Positions 17,217 to 26,683 of a stretch of 64,000 bases of DNA are shown here, piece after piece (positions within the stretch are counted from its first letter, which is position 1; every line of letters starts with the position of its first letter). The notes under the pieces were generated by a model. The model was not told the DNA's origin. It worked only from the letters and a program-made list of their open reading frames with translations, and searched no databases. The position numbers and the translations under genes were made by a program. Source of the DNA: a bacterium (GTDB lineage Bacteria; Bacillota; Clostridia; Christensenellales; UBA3700); contig CAVAVP010000015.1 in the NCBI GenBank assembly GCA_963592135.1, positions 3,272-67,271 of the forward strand, given 5' to 3'.

Positions 17217-18223
17217 AAAGTATTCAATTAGTAATAGATATAGGTAGTAAATTTACAACAATAGCACAGGAACAAAAGGGCTTTGTTTTAAAGGATGCTT
17301 CACTTGTTTATGTTGCAAGTAAAGGTAACAAAATTGAATTAATTGATTGTGGTAGAAATGTTGCTAATTATGTTGGACGTACTTCTCAAAATGAACAAAT
17401 AATTGCTCCTATAAAAGAAGGCGCTATATTTCATGAAAGAGCAGCTGTTTTAATGTATAGATATTACTTAAATAAAGTAGTAAGTTCAAAATCTTTAATA
17501 AAACCAAGAATAAAAGCAATTGCATGTGTCTCATGTGGTCTTACTAATGCACAAAAACATGATATAGAGGTTGTATTAACAAGGGCTGGTGTATCAGAGG
17601 TAGTTGTTCTTGAATCACCACTTGCTGTTTATGCAAGTTCTAACGATGGAACTGCACAATGTGTAGTAGATATAGGAGATACAAAAACAGAGATAGCCGT
17701 AGTAAAAAAAGATGGAATAGTATCAGGTTGCACTATAAATATTGGTGGTAAAACATTTAATCAGGCGATTGCGGATCAACTTTTAGATAATCAGCGTTGT
17801 AAATTAGCTCCTGCAAACATTGAAAAAATAAAAAAAGAAATGGCATCGCTGTCTGACAATGTAAGATTAGTTGTAAATGAAAATGTAACAATCTTGGGAA
17901 GCTCCGAAATGAAGCAAATTCAAATACATTCATCTGATGTGAAAATTGCGATAGAGCCACTTGTTAAAAATATATGTACAGTAATATTATCAATATTAAC
18001 TCAAACACCGGAAAATATAGCAAATGAAGTTGCTTTAAATGGTATTTTGCTTTGTGGTGGTTCATCTAGAATGGATGGAATTTGTGAATACATAGCAAAT
18101 GAAGTAGGACTTCCTGTAAGAAAATTAGAAAATCCAGAGAATGCAATAATACTTGGTGGTATGTATTATATAATGCACAAAAACCAATTAGCAAGTTTGC
18201 TAAATATTGTTAATTTAAAATAA
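17213..18223 (+). CDS. Divergent MreB/actin-like protein with degenerate nucleotide-binding motifs
   Basis: Colinear with MreB (336 aa): IDIGSKFTTIA (phosphate-1 position), GRT...IAPIKEGAI, VVDIGDTKTEIAVV (phosphate-2), ILLCGGSSRMDG (adenosine). ATGA overlap with maf. No mreC or mreD downstream. Confidence 0.65.
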   Translation: MKSIQLVIDIGSKFTTIAQEQKGFVLKDASLVYVASKGNKIELIDCGRNVANYVGRTSQNEQIIAPIKEGAIFHERAAVLMYRYYLNKVVSSKSLIKPRIKAIACVSCGLTNAQKHDIEVVLTRAGVSEVVVLESPLAVYASSNDGTAQCVVDIGDTKTEIAVVKKDGIVSGCTINIGGKTFNQAIADQLLDNQRCKLAPANIEKIKKEMASLSDNVRLVVNENVTILGSSEMKQIQIHSSDVKIAIEPLVKNICTVILSILTQTPENIANEVALNGILLCGGSSRMDGICEYIANEVGLPVRKLENPENAIILGGMYYIMHKNQLASLLNIVNLK

Positions 18224-18288
18224 GTTAGTAGTTAAAAATATCTTCGTTTAGTAAACATAAATCTTAAAATAATATTTAGATATTTTAA

Positions 18289-18337
18289 TAAGTTGTTTTT
18301 AGGGTTTATCCATAAAACAACTTATGTATTTTTTTAA
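18289..18337 (+). terminator. Rho-independent terminator after the MreB-like gene
   Basis: TAAGTTGTTTT ... AAAACAACTTA forms an 11-bp stem with a 14-nt loop, followed by TGTATTTTTTT. Confidence 0.7.
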
Positions 18338-18420
18338 GAGAAATTTACTATGGTTAACATAGATAATGTTTTTATTGTCTTTATTAAGCACTATTTATTA
18401 TAATAAATATGAGGATTTTT

Positions 18421-19362
18421 ATGTATATTGGTGTAGATATTGGCGGAACTAATGTAAAAATTGGAATTGTTACAAAGACAGGAAGAGTTATTGATTCAAT
18501 GTCTTTTAAAACTAATATGCCAAAATCAGCAGATACTTTAATTGATGAAATTATACAAAACATAAAAAGCCTTTTAGAGCAAGATAATTTACCAATAAAG
18601 GATGTAAATGCAATAGGTTTTGGAATTCCAGGACTTATAGATTCAAAAAATGGAATTGTATTAAAAGCTGCAAATTTAGGGTGGTCTAAAGTAGATTTTT
18701 TAAAAAGGTTTAATAGTAAATTAAATATTCCGGTTAAAATTGAAAATGATGCTAATTGTGCTCTTTTAGGAGAAGCAAGATTCGGCGTTGCTAAAAATTT
18801 TAAAAATTTAATTTTAATAACATTAGGTACAGGAATTGGCTCTTCAATTATGATTGATGGGAAACTTCTTCCAGGAAATAGCTTTAACGGAGAGTGTGGC
18901 CATATGGTAATAGCTATAAATGGAGAGCAGTGTCCTTGTGGAAGAAAAGGCTGCTGGGAAAGATATGCCTCTGCCTCTGCTTTAACTAGAAAAACAATTA
19001 AAATGGCAAAAGCTTACCCAGAGAGTAAAATTAACGATATAATAAGAAAATGGAATGGGCAAGTTTCTGCAATTACTACATTTAATGCAGCAAAAATGGG
19101 AGATATGATCGCTAAAGAATTGGTTGATGAATATATAGAAAATGTTACATGTGGTCTTGTGAACCTTGCATGGATTTTTCACCCAGAATGTTTTATTATC
19201 GCAGGAGGAGTTGCTAACGAAGGTGGAGAGTTTATTGCACTTTTACAAAATAAAATGGATAATTTTGTTAGAGAAAACGATTTTTATCCAAGTATAGAAA
19301 TTAAGAAAACTGTTTTAGGAAGAAACTTAGGTATTATAGGTGCCGCAAGTTTGGTTATGTAA
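18421..19362 (+). CDS. glcK: ROK-family glucokinase
   Basis: GVDIGGTNVKIG N-terminal ATP motif. ROK Zn motif GHMVIAINGEQCPCGRKGCWE. GAGGA lies 5 nt upstream of ATG 18421. Confidence 0.85.
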   Translation: MYIGVDIGGTNVKIGIVTKTGRVIDSMSFKTNMPKSADTLIDEIIQNIKSLLEQDNLPIKDVNAIGFGIPGLIDSKNGIVLKAANLGWSKVDFLKRFNSKLNIPVKIENDANCALLGEARFGVAKNFKNLILITLGTGIGSSIMIDGKLLPGNSFNGECGHMVIAINGEQCPCGRKGCWERYASASALTRKTIKMAKAYPESKINDIIRKWNGQVSAITTFNAAKMGDMIAKELVDEYIENVTCGLVNLAWIFHPECFIIAGGVANEGGEFIALLQNKMDNFVRENDFYPSIEIKKTVLGRNLGIIGAASLVM

Positions 19363-19363
19363 T

Positions 19364-21115
19364 ATGGATAATGAATTAAAAGCAATTTTATTAAATGTAG
19401 ATAGACCTGCAAGATATGTAGGTGGTGAGTTTAATATGCCGGATATGAATAAAGCAAATAAAGAGCGTGTTTGTATTTGCTTTAGTGATAAATACGAAAT
19501 AGGTATGTCAAATATTGGTATTCGTATTTTGTATCATATGCTAAATGATATGGAAAATGTTGTAGCAGAAAGATGTTTTGCGCCTGATCTAGACTTGGCA
19601 GGTAAACTTAAAGAACATAATATGCCACTTTTTTCACTTGAGACTAAAAAACCGCTAAAAGATTTTGATTTAATAGGTTTTTCTGTTCAATTTGAACTTC
19701 AATTTACAAATATTGTATATATGCTAGATTTAGCGGGATTTCCTTATTTTGCTAAAGATAGAGATGAGTCTTTTCCTCTTTTAGTCGCCGGTGGGCCTTG
19801 TTCTGTAAATCCAATGCCATATGCGCTATTTTTTGATGCAATATTGATTGGGGATGGAGAAGAAAATTTATATAATTTAACAAAACTTCATATGGAGCTT
19901 AAAGATAAACATTTAACGAAGCTTGAATTTTTAAAGATTGCAAGTGAAAAAATTGACGGTATTTACGTACCACTTTTACATAACAAGACAAAAAGAGCTA
20001 TTGTTAAAGATTTAGATAAAGCATATTTTCCAACAAAAGTTTTAGTTCCAAATTGTCAAATTGTACATGATAGAGCAACAATTGAATTGTTTAGAGGTTG
20101 TGCTAATGGTTGTAGATTCTGCCAAGCTTGTTTTTATTATAGGCCAATAAGAGAAAGAAAAGTAGATACATTAGTTGAATATGCAAAACAGCTTATGGAT
20201 AACACTGGATACGAAGAGTTAAGTTTATCTAGCTTATCTACATCAGATTATTCATCACTTAAAGAACTTGTAGATAGAGTAAAAAAAGAAACTGATGAAA
20301 GGAAGGTAAAACTCGCAGTGCCATCACTAAGACTTGATTCATTTGAGGCTGAAATATATGAAGAGTTAAATGGAGCTTCACTAACATTTGCTCCAGAGGC
20401 TGGAACTCAAAGACTTAGAAATGTAATAAATAAGAATATATCAGAACAGGATATTGAAAGAGCATTTGAAGGCGCTATGAAAAATAATGTTAAAAATGTA
20501 AAGTTATACTTTATGATAGGTCTTCCAACTGAGACAAAAGAAGATTTAGATGGAATTGCTAACATTGCAAAACTAGCACTTTGGATGCATAAAAAATATG
20601 GTACCTCAAAAATTATAAACATAACGGTTTCAACATCTGTGTTTATTCCAAAGCCTCTAACTCCTTTTCAATGGGAAAAACAAATAAATATGGATGAGAT
20701 GCTTGAAAAGCAAAAATATTTACAAGAAATATTAAGAATAAAGAATGTAAAGTATAACTGGCATGGGGCTGAATCTTCGGTGCTCGAAGGTGTGTTTGCA
20801 AGGGGTGATGAACGTTTAGCGCCGGCTATTGCTAAAGCGTATGAAAAAGGCTGTGTTTTTGATAGTTGGAGTGAAAACTTTGATTTTAATAAATGGACGG
20901 AAGCATTTAATGAATGTGGGATAGATGCCACTTATTATACCGGTGCAATTGAAGAAAGTAGAGAGCTTCCTTGGGACATAATAGATAATGGTGTAACAAA
21001 AAAATATTTATTAAAAGAAAAGCATTTAGCATATAGCGAAGTGACAACTCCTAATTGTTTACACAATTGTAATGGATGCGGAGCTAATAAACTAGGAAGG
21101 TGTTTTCAACAATGA
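19364..21115 (+). CDS. B12-binding-domain radical SAM protein (TIGR03960-like, function unknown)
   Basis: Radical SAM cluster motif RGCANGCRFCQACF (C-x3-C-x2-C). The N-terminal region resembles a B12-binding domain. The gene starts 1 nt after the glcK stop. Confidence 0.8.
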   Translation: MDNELKAILLNVDRPARYVGGEFNMPDMNKANKERVCICFSDKYEIGMSNIGIRILYHMLNDMENVVAERCFAPDLDLAGKLKEHNMPLFSLETKKPLKDFDLIGFSVQFELQFTNIVYMLDLAGFPYFAKDRDESFPLLVAGGPCSVNPMPYALFFDAILIGDGEENLYNLTKLHMELKDKHLTKLEFLKIASEKIDGIYVPLLHNKTKRAIVKDLDKAYFPTKVLVPNCQIVHDRATIELFRGCANGCRFCQACFYYRPIRERKVDTLVEYAKQLMDNTGYEELSLSSLSTSDYSSLKELVDRVKKETDERKVKLAVPSLRLDSFEAEIYEELNGASLTFAPEAGTQRLRNVINKNISEQDIERAFEGAMKNNVKNVKLYFMIGLPTETKEDLDGIANIAKLALWMHKKYGTSKIINITVSTSVFIPKPLTPFQWEKQINMDEMLEKQKYLQEILRIKNVKYNWHGAESSVLEGVFARGDERLAPAIAKAYEKGCVFDSWSENFDFNKWTEAFNECGIDATYYTGAIEESRELPWDIIDNGVTKKYLLKEKHLAYSEVTTPNCLHNCNGCGANKLGRCFQQ

Positions 21116-21765
21116 TTATAGTTATTAAACATGTTAAAGCTGGAGATTTTGCTTTTGTTTCACATCTAGATACGATGGATGTTTTACATAGAGTTCTTAA
21201 AAGATCAAAAATTGATGTAAATTATTCTCAAGGATTTGTAAAACATATGCTAACATATGCAACAACTCCAATTCCGCTTGGATGCCAATCAATAGCTGAG
21301 TATTATGCAGTAGATTGTAATAATATAAGTGCTAATGAGTTTTTAGATAAATATAACAATAATGCGCCAGATGGTATTAGAGCTACATACGCTATAGAAA
21401 AATTAAAGAATCCAAATTTGGCTGGAAATGTAGTCGCAAGTGATTTTAGAATTAAATGTCAAAATATTGTTCCTGTTGAGATAGAAGATTTAAAGGAAAA
21501 GGAAGAGCTTATAATAGATCTAAAAAAGAAAGGTGAAATTGTTCAAAAAGATGTTAAGTCGATGCTTTTTGATATTTTTGTTGAAGGGAAAGATTTATGG
21601 GTAAGAGCAGCAAGTGGGAATGTTAATTTAAGAATTGATTCTTTAATTCAATATTTTATTAAAGAATATAAAATACAAACTACAATAAATGATATTACAA
21701 GATTAAATCAATTAGTTAAACTTGAAGATAAGCTTATTGCAGTTGATGACTATTTAAAGATATAA
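21112..21765 (+). CDS. DUF2344 / TIGR03936-like radical-SAM-linked protein
   Basis: N-terminal block FAFVSHLDTMDVLHRVLKRSKIDVNYSQGF is typical of this family. Its start overlaps the radical SAM gene stop. Confidence 0.65.
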   Translation: MIIVIKHVKAGDFAFVSHLDTMDVLHRVLKRSKIDVNYSQGFVKHMLTYATTPIPLGCQSIAEYYAVDCNNISANEFLDKYNNNAPDGIRATYAIEKLKNPNLAGNVVASDFRIKCQNIVPVEIEDLKEKEELIIDLKKKGEIVQKDVKSMLFDIFVEGKDLWVRAASGNVNLRIDSLIQYFIKEYKIQTTINDITRLNQLVKLEDKLIAVDDYLKI

Positions 21766-21766
21766 G

Positions 21767-23245
21767 ATGAAACAAATTATTATTAATGTAATTAAATCTG
21801 CTACACGTGTTTGCATTGTTGAAGATGGCAAACTTGTTGAGTTTTGGGTTGAAAAAGAAAGCAAAGAAAGATTAGTTGGAAATATCTACAAAGGAAGAGT
21901 TATGAATGTTATAAACGGCATGAATTCAGCCTTTGTTAATATTGGTCTTGAGAGAAATGGTTTTTTATTTGCCGGCGATATAGTTGGAGCAGATGAGGGT
22001 GCTGATATTCAAATTTCTAATTTAAATGTAAAGCAAGGCGATGAGATACTAGTTCAAGTTGTTAAAGATCAATTTGGGACAAAGGGTGCTAGAATCACGA
22101 TGAATATGTCTCTTGCTTCTCGTGGACTTATAATGATGCCTAATGTAGATTATGTTTGCGCGTCTAAAAAACTTCCAGATGATGATAAAAAAACAGAGCT
22201 TGTAAATTATATAAATGAAATTAGAAAGAAAGGCCATGGATATATACTTCGTACTCAATCCATTAATTGTTCAAAAGAAGAATTAAAACAGGAAACTGAA
22301 GAACTTGAAGAAAGATGGGATAAAATTCAAAAAGCATACTATAGCAAGTCAGCCCCAGCTCTTATTTTTAAAGAAGATTCACTAGCCGTACAATCTGTTA
22401 GAGATATGCTAAGAGATGATGTTGATGAAATTATTGTAGATAGTGAAAAAGTTTATAACGAATTAAAACAAGAGTTTCCTCATGTTGATCCAGGACTTTT
22501 TAAACTATATTCAAATACAAAAGGTATCTTATATGAATACAATATAGATTCTCAAATAGATAAATTGCTTGAGAAAAAAGTAGAACTTTCTAATGGAGCT
22601 AACTTAGTTATAGATAGAACAGAAGCACTAACAGTAATAGATGTTAATACTGGGAAATACATAGGTGAGAAGGAACTAAGTGAAACTATCTTTGAGACAA
22701 ATATAATTGCAGCTAAGGAGATAGCAAGACAAATAAGACTTAGAAACTTAGGTGGAATAATAATAGTTGACTTTATTGATATGAATGAAAAAGGCAAAAT
22801 AGATAAAGTTTTAACAGTGCTTCAAGACGAGCTTTCTAAAGATAGATTAAGAGCAACCGCAATAGATATAACCCCACTTGGCCTTGTAGAGATAACAAGA
22901 AAGAAAGCAAATTGTATGATAGAAGATGTAATGCTACAAACTTGTCCATACTGTAAAGGTAATGGATATGTATATAGCGATGAACACGTAGCTTCAAAAA
23001 TAAAACAAGATTTAAATATAATTTTTAAAAATCCAAAAAACACTTCAGTTGTTTGTAATGTGTCAGTTTCTGTGTTTAATAAGATATTCACGTATAAACT
23101 GTTTGAAAAAGAATGCTTAAACGAATGGAAAGATAAAAGAATATACCTTATTCCAGATGAAACAAAGCATATAGAAAAATATAGCGTTAAAGCTTACACG
23201 ACAACAATCATTGACCTTCCAAATGAAGCAAAACTAGTATACTAG
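21767..23245 (+). CDS. rng: Ribonuclease G/E family endoribonuclease
   Basis: S1 domain GNIYKGRVMNVINGMNSAFVNIG. Catalytic-core blocks TEALTVIDVNTGKY and GGIIIVDFIDM. The Zn-link-like CPYCKGNG is present. The gene starts 1 nt after the upstream stop. Confidence 0.9.
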   Translation: MKQIIINVIKSATRVCIVEDGKLVEFWVEKESKERLVGNIYKGRVMNVINGMNSAFVNIGLERNGFLFAGDIVGADEGADIQISNLNVKQGDEILVQVVKDQFGTKGARITMNMSLASRGLIMMPNVDYVCASKKLPDDDKKTELVNYINEIRKKGHGYILRTQSINCSKEELKQETEELEERWDKIQKAYYSKSAPALIFKEDSLAVQSVRDMLRDDVDEIIVDSEKVYNELKQEFPHVDPGLFKLYSNTKGILYEYNIDSQIDKLLEKKVELSNGANLVIDRTEALTVIDVNTGKYIGEKELSETIFETNIIAAKEIARQIRLRNLGGIIIVDFIDMNEKGKIDKVLTVLQDELSKDRLRATAIDITPLGLVEITRKKANCMIEDVMLQTCPYCKGNGYVYSDEHVASKIKQDLNIIFKNPKNTSVVCNVSVSVFNKIFTYKLFEKECLNEWKDKRIYLIPDETKHIEKYSVKAYTTTIIDLPNEAKLVY

Positions 23246-23370
23246 AAAATTGACAAGAAAAATGTGTCCTAAAATCGGGACAAGAAAACTTGCTTTGACA
23301 AGTCATAATTTTACTTGAATATATCTATGATATATTCAACGCTTAAGGAGTAGGGGGAGCCCTGGCGTTC

Positions 23371-23399
23371 TTGACATAACGCAAAAAATTTGGTATTAT
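23371..23399 (+). promoter_or_regulatory. Strong sigma-A-type promoter with extended -10, heading the accessory islet
   Basis: TTGACA (23371-23376), 17-nt spacer, TGgTATTAT (23391-23399). Confidence 0.55.
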
Positions 23400-23614
23400 A
23401 TATACAACAAATAAAGAAATATTTGTTAAGATCGATCAAGAAAAAAGAAAAGTAGAAAACACCTTTAAAAGGTCAGAAAAAAATCAGGTACGTTTCAATA
23501 TATTAATAAAAAAGCACATATTATGTGGTTAAGACTTTTTATTACAAAAAATTGAAACAAATAAAAAAAGGAGAATTAAAAATGACAGGAGAAGAATCAA
23601 AATAAGTATTAGAG

Positions 23615-23803
23615 ATGTTAAAGAAGCAAGGATATAAAGATGAAGAACTATTAGGTTCATTTTTCTTAATGTTTGTAGATAACAAAATAAATGTTAAAGA
23701 GCTTGAAGTATTAAGTAATGCAATAGGGTATAGGCTTACAGAAGACTTTAAGAAAATGTCAACTTATGACCAAAAAACTAAAGGGTTTGAAAGAATAAAA
23801 TAA
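23615..23803 (+). CDS. Small hypothetical protein (62 aa); possibly the remainder of a 73-codon gene interrupted by an in-frame TAA
   Basis: Its own RBS is weak. A strong AAAGGAGAA RBS serves an in-frame ATG at 23582, which is closed by TAA at 23603. Confidence 0.35.
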   Translation: MLKKQGYKDEELLGSFFLMFVDNKINVKELEVLSNAIGYRLTEDFKKMSTYDQKTKGFERIK

Positions 23804-23830
23804 AAATTTAAATAAAAGGAGAAAAAGAAT

Positions 23831-24622
23831 ATGCTAGGAGCGCTAATCGGAGACATTATAGGATCATATTATGAATTTGACAACACTAAAAGAAAAGATT
23901 TTAAGTTAATTAATGATGGAACATCTATGACAGATGACAGTATTATGACAACTGCTGTTATGGAAATCTGTGAAAACGAAAAATGGGATGATAATGACTA
24001 TATTATTAAAACATTTAAAAAATGGGGACAAAGATATCCAAGAGCAGGATATGGTGCAAGATTTGTATACTGGGTATTAAGTGATGATTCAAAGCCATAC
24101 AATTCTTGTGGTAATGGTAGCGCTATGAGAATAAGTCCTTGTGGATGGTTTGGAAATAGTGAAGAAGAAGTTAAATATATATCTAAGCAAGTAACTCAAG
24201 TTACTCATAATCATCCAGAGGGTATAAAAGGAGCTGAAGTTGTTGCTATGTGTATATACTATGCAAGAATTGGAAAGGATAAAAAATTTATTAAAAACTA
24301 TATTTTAAAAGAGTATCCAGAGGTAGAAAATCTAGATTATGATGATTTAGTTGCAAACTTTTACCATGGAGCAGAAATATGTCAAGCAACAGTTCCGCAA
24401 GCATTATATTGTTTTTTAATTTCATCAAGTTTTGAAGATTGTTTAAGAACTACTATATCCATAGGTGGCGACTGTGATACAACAAGTGCTATGTCATGCG
24501 CTATTGCTGAGGCATATTACGGAATCCCAGAGGATATTTTAAATCAAGTTAAACCTTTTATTAAGCCTGATGTTTGGGAAATAATGGAAAAAGGTTATAA
24601 GAAGTTAAATAAGAAAATATAA
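23831..24622 (+). CDS. ADP-ribosylglycohydrolase (ARH/DraG) family protein
   Basis: N-terminal GALIGDIIGSYYEF, TDDSIMT, GNGSAMRISP, and C-terminal GGDCDTTSAM metal-binding block. RBS AAAGGAGAA. Confidence 0.85.
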   Translation: MLGALIGDIIGSYYEFDNTKRKDFKLINDGTSMTDDSIMTTAVMEICENEKWDDNDYIIKTFKKWGQRYPRAGYGARFVYWVLSDDSKPYNSCGNGSAMRISPCGWFGNSEEEVKYISKQVTQVTHNHPEGIKGAEVVAMCIYYARIGKDKKFIKNYILKEYPEVENLDYDDLVANFYHGAEICQATVPQALYCFLISSSFEDCLRTTISIGGDCDTTSAMSCAIAEAYYGIPEDILNQVKPFIKPDVWEIMEKGYKKLNKKI

Positions 24623-24786
24623 CTTACATATTATTCTTTAATTTAAGTATTAGAGCATAAAGAGTATCTATGGTGGGTTGAGTTCGCTGTAGATACCTAA
24701 ATAAAAGAATTTTCAGTACATATTATTAGATAAATTCTTTAATTATAATGATGGTGGAAAAAATAAATATATAGGAGGATAAAGAA

Positions 24787-25212
24787 TTGAAAGATAAATT
24801 TTTTAAAGTAACAGCAGTATGTGGACATGTGGGTAGAAAGAATGGTTTATTAAAAGATTTTGCAATAAATACCAATTCAGCTGAGGATGCAGCAAAAATA
24901 GCAAGAGACCTTCCTAGAGTAAAACATCATAATAAAAAAGCTATAAGACAGGTAGTTGAAATTACAAGAGAGGAATATTTTGAATTATTAGATAAAAATA
25001 GAAAAGATCCTTATTTTTCTTGTACAAGTATTCAAGACCAGAATAAAACTTGCGAAGATATAAGACTTTCTGTAATAAAGATGAAAACAGAAAAAGATTA
25101 TACAGAAACAAGAGATGAAAGACTTAAATACAAGTTTAAAAAGAGAAGATCTCTAGAAAAAGATTTTAAAAATTATTATAAAAGGACAGGTAGAATTTAT
25201 ATAGCAGCGTAA
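24787..25212 (+). CDS. Hypothetical basic protein (141 aa), TTG start
   Basis: AGGAGG lies 8 nt upstream of TTG 24787. Recognisable block FKVTAVCGHVGRKNG...PRVKHHNKKAI...DPYFSC. I recognise no domain. Confidence 0.5.
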   Translation: MKDKFFKVTAVCGHVGRKNGLLKDFAINTNSAEDAAKIARDLPRVKHHNKKAIRQVVEITREEYFELLDKNRKDPYFSCTSIQDQNKTCEDIRLSVIKMKTEKDYTETRDERLKYKFKKRRSLEKDFKNYYKRTGRIYIAA

Positions 25213-25474
25213 AAAGACTATCTTTAAAAAGAATTTAAAGTGTGTTAATATTAAGAAAGGATTTAGTAGTAAAGTCAAAAAAATCAAGATTTGGGGAGAA
25301 CGTAGTATATGACTTAACTATGACTATTTGAAAGAATGGGTCGCATGTTAGATTCTTTTTATTTGTTGATTTTAAAGTGCTAAGTTGAAATGTTAGATTA
25401 AGCATGAATGCTTATAACTAACTCTAAGTTTTTTTAACTCAATTGATTTACATATTTATATAAATATAAATTGT

Positions 25475-25504
25475 TTGACATAATAGATTTGTTTTTGGTA
25501 ATAT
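25475..25504 (+). promoter_or_regulatory. rplU operon promoter (extended -10)
   Basis: TTGACA (25475-25480), 18-nt spacer, TGgTAATAT (25496-25504). Confidence 0.6.
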
Positions 25505-25581
25505 CTATCGTGAGCCGCATGGAGAAGGTAATAAGTCCGCTTGGCACCTTAACAGCGAGACTGGAGAGAGGAGGTATAAAA
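25505..25581 (+). promoter_or_regulatory. Putative ribosomal protein L21 leader (autoregulatory 5' UTR)
   Basis: A ~75-nt, comparatively GC-rich leader lies between the promoter and the rplU ATG. It contains the direct repeat CCGCATGG / CCGCTTGG. Position matches the L21 leader known in Bacillota; the structure was not verified. Confidence 0.4.
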
Positions 25582-25884
25582 ATGTACGCAATTGTTACTA
25601 CAGGTAATAAGCAATACAAAGTTTCTGTTGGTGATATTATTAAGGTTGAAAAATTAGAAGCTGAAGTTAAAGATATCGTTAATTTAGATGTTGTTATGCT
25701 TAACAATGATGGTAAGGTTGTAGTTGGCAAAGATGCTGCTAAAGCTAGTGTAAAGGCTGAAGTAGTTGCTCAAGATAAAGCTAAGAAGATTGTTATCTTT
25801 AAGTATAAGGCTAAGAAAAATGAGCGTAAGCGTCAAGGTCATAGACAACCATTTACAGCTTTAAAGATTACAGAAATTAAATAA
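25582..25884 (+). CDS. rplU: 50S ribosomal protein L21
   Basis: [19 protein letters not shown]-terminus. GGAGG RBS. The track ORF start at 25471 lies in the leader. Confidence 0.95.
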   Translation: MYAIVTTGNKQYKVSVGDIIKVEKLEAEVKDIVNLDVVMLNNDGKVVVGKDAAKASVKAEVVAQDKAKKIVIFKYKAKKNERKRQGHRQPFTALKITEIK

Positions 25885-26219
25885 TGACAATCGTTAAAGT
25901 TAAGAAGCAAGAAAATAGTATAATTCAAGTTGAATGTAGTGGTCATTCAGGCTATGCAAGTGAAGGCGAGGATATAGTATGTTCTGCAATCTCATCAATA
26001 GTGCAAACAGCAGGAATGGGACTAAAGATGTATCTTAAATTAGATATAATTGAAGATATAGATGAAAAGAAAGGATTTTACGAAATAAGTATTCCTAAAA
26101 ACTTGAATTCAAAGGATAGACATGATGCTGATGTAATTCTTGAAACAATGTTTCTTGGATTGAAGGATATAGAAAGTGGCTATTCTAAAAACCTAAAAGT
26201 GGAGGTAATAAAGTTATGA
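25884..26219 (+). CDS. prp: Ribosomal-processing cysteine protease Prp (YsxB)
   Basis: [22 protein letters not shown] contains the conserved His and Cys. The gene sits between rplU and rpmA. Confidence 0.9.
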   Translation: MTIVKVKKQENSIIQVECSGHSGYASEGEDIVCSAISSIVQTAGMGLKMYLKLDIIEDIDEKKGFYEISIPKNLNSKDRHDADVILETMFLGLKDIESGYSKNLKVEVIKL

Positions 26220-26500
26220 TAATGAATTTACAATTATTCGCACATAAGAAAGGTGTTGGTTCTACAAAGAATGGTAGAGATTCTGAAGCTAAGAGACTAG
26301 GACCTAAAAAGAGTGATGGACAATTTGCTACAGCTGGATCAATCCTTGTTAGACAAAGAGGAACAAAATATCATCCAGGTAACAATGTAGACATCGGTGG
26401 CGATGACACATTATTCGCACTAATTGATGGTATCGTAAAATTCGAAAGAGTTGGTAAAGATAAGAAACAAGTTAGTGTATATGCTAAAGAAGCAAAATAA
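26216..26500 (+). CDS. rpmA: 50S ribosomal protein L27 with Prp-cleaved N-terminal propeptide
   Basis: [23 protein letters not shown]: the propeptide ends in LQLFA before the conserved HKK. Confidence 0.95.
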   Translation: MIMNLQLFAHKKGVGSTKNGRDSEAKRLGPKKSDGQFATAGSILVRQRGTKYHPGNNVDIGGDDTLFALIDGIVKFERVGKDKKQVSVYAKEAK

Positions 26501-26524
26501 TTAAATTTAAAAATTAAAAAAATT

Positions 26525-26559
26525 AGGAATTAAGTAAAATTAATTCCTATTTTTTTTTA
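26525..26559 (+). terminator. Rho-independent terminator after rpmA
   Basis: AGGAATTAA-GTAAAA-TTAATTCCT stem-loop followed by T9. Confidence 0.75.
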
Positions 26560-26683
26560 TTATCAAAAAGTAAATATTTATATATAAATTACTAAATGTC
26601 TTGTAGTAAATTAAAATAAATGGTACTATATGTTTGAAATTATAAAATAAAATAGTAACAAAATATAAATAACAGGGTATAAA

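Noticed and set aside
23371-25504. Similar promoters (TTGACATAA...TTTGGTAWTAT) at both ends of the islet as a target-site duplication scar
   Set aside because: The similarity is confined to consensus -35 and extended -10 elements that the hup promoter also shares. The flanking sequence is unrelated, so this is not convincing evidence of duplication.
25434-25730. 98-aa minus-strand ORF, and the extended 25471 start of the rplU ORF
   Set aside because: L21 clearly begins at [14 protein letters not shown] (ATG 25582, GGAGG RBS). The upstream in-frame stretch is the promoter and leader, and the antisense ORF is a shadow.
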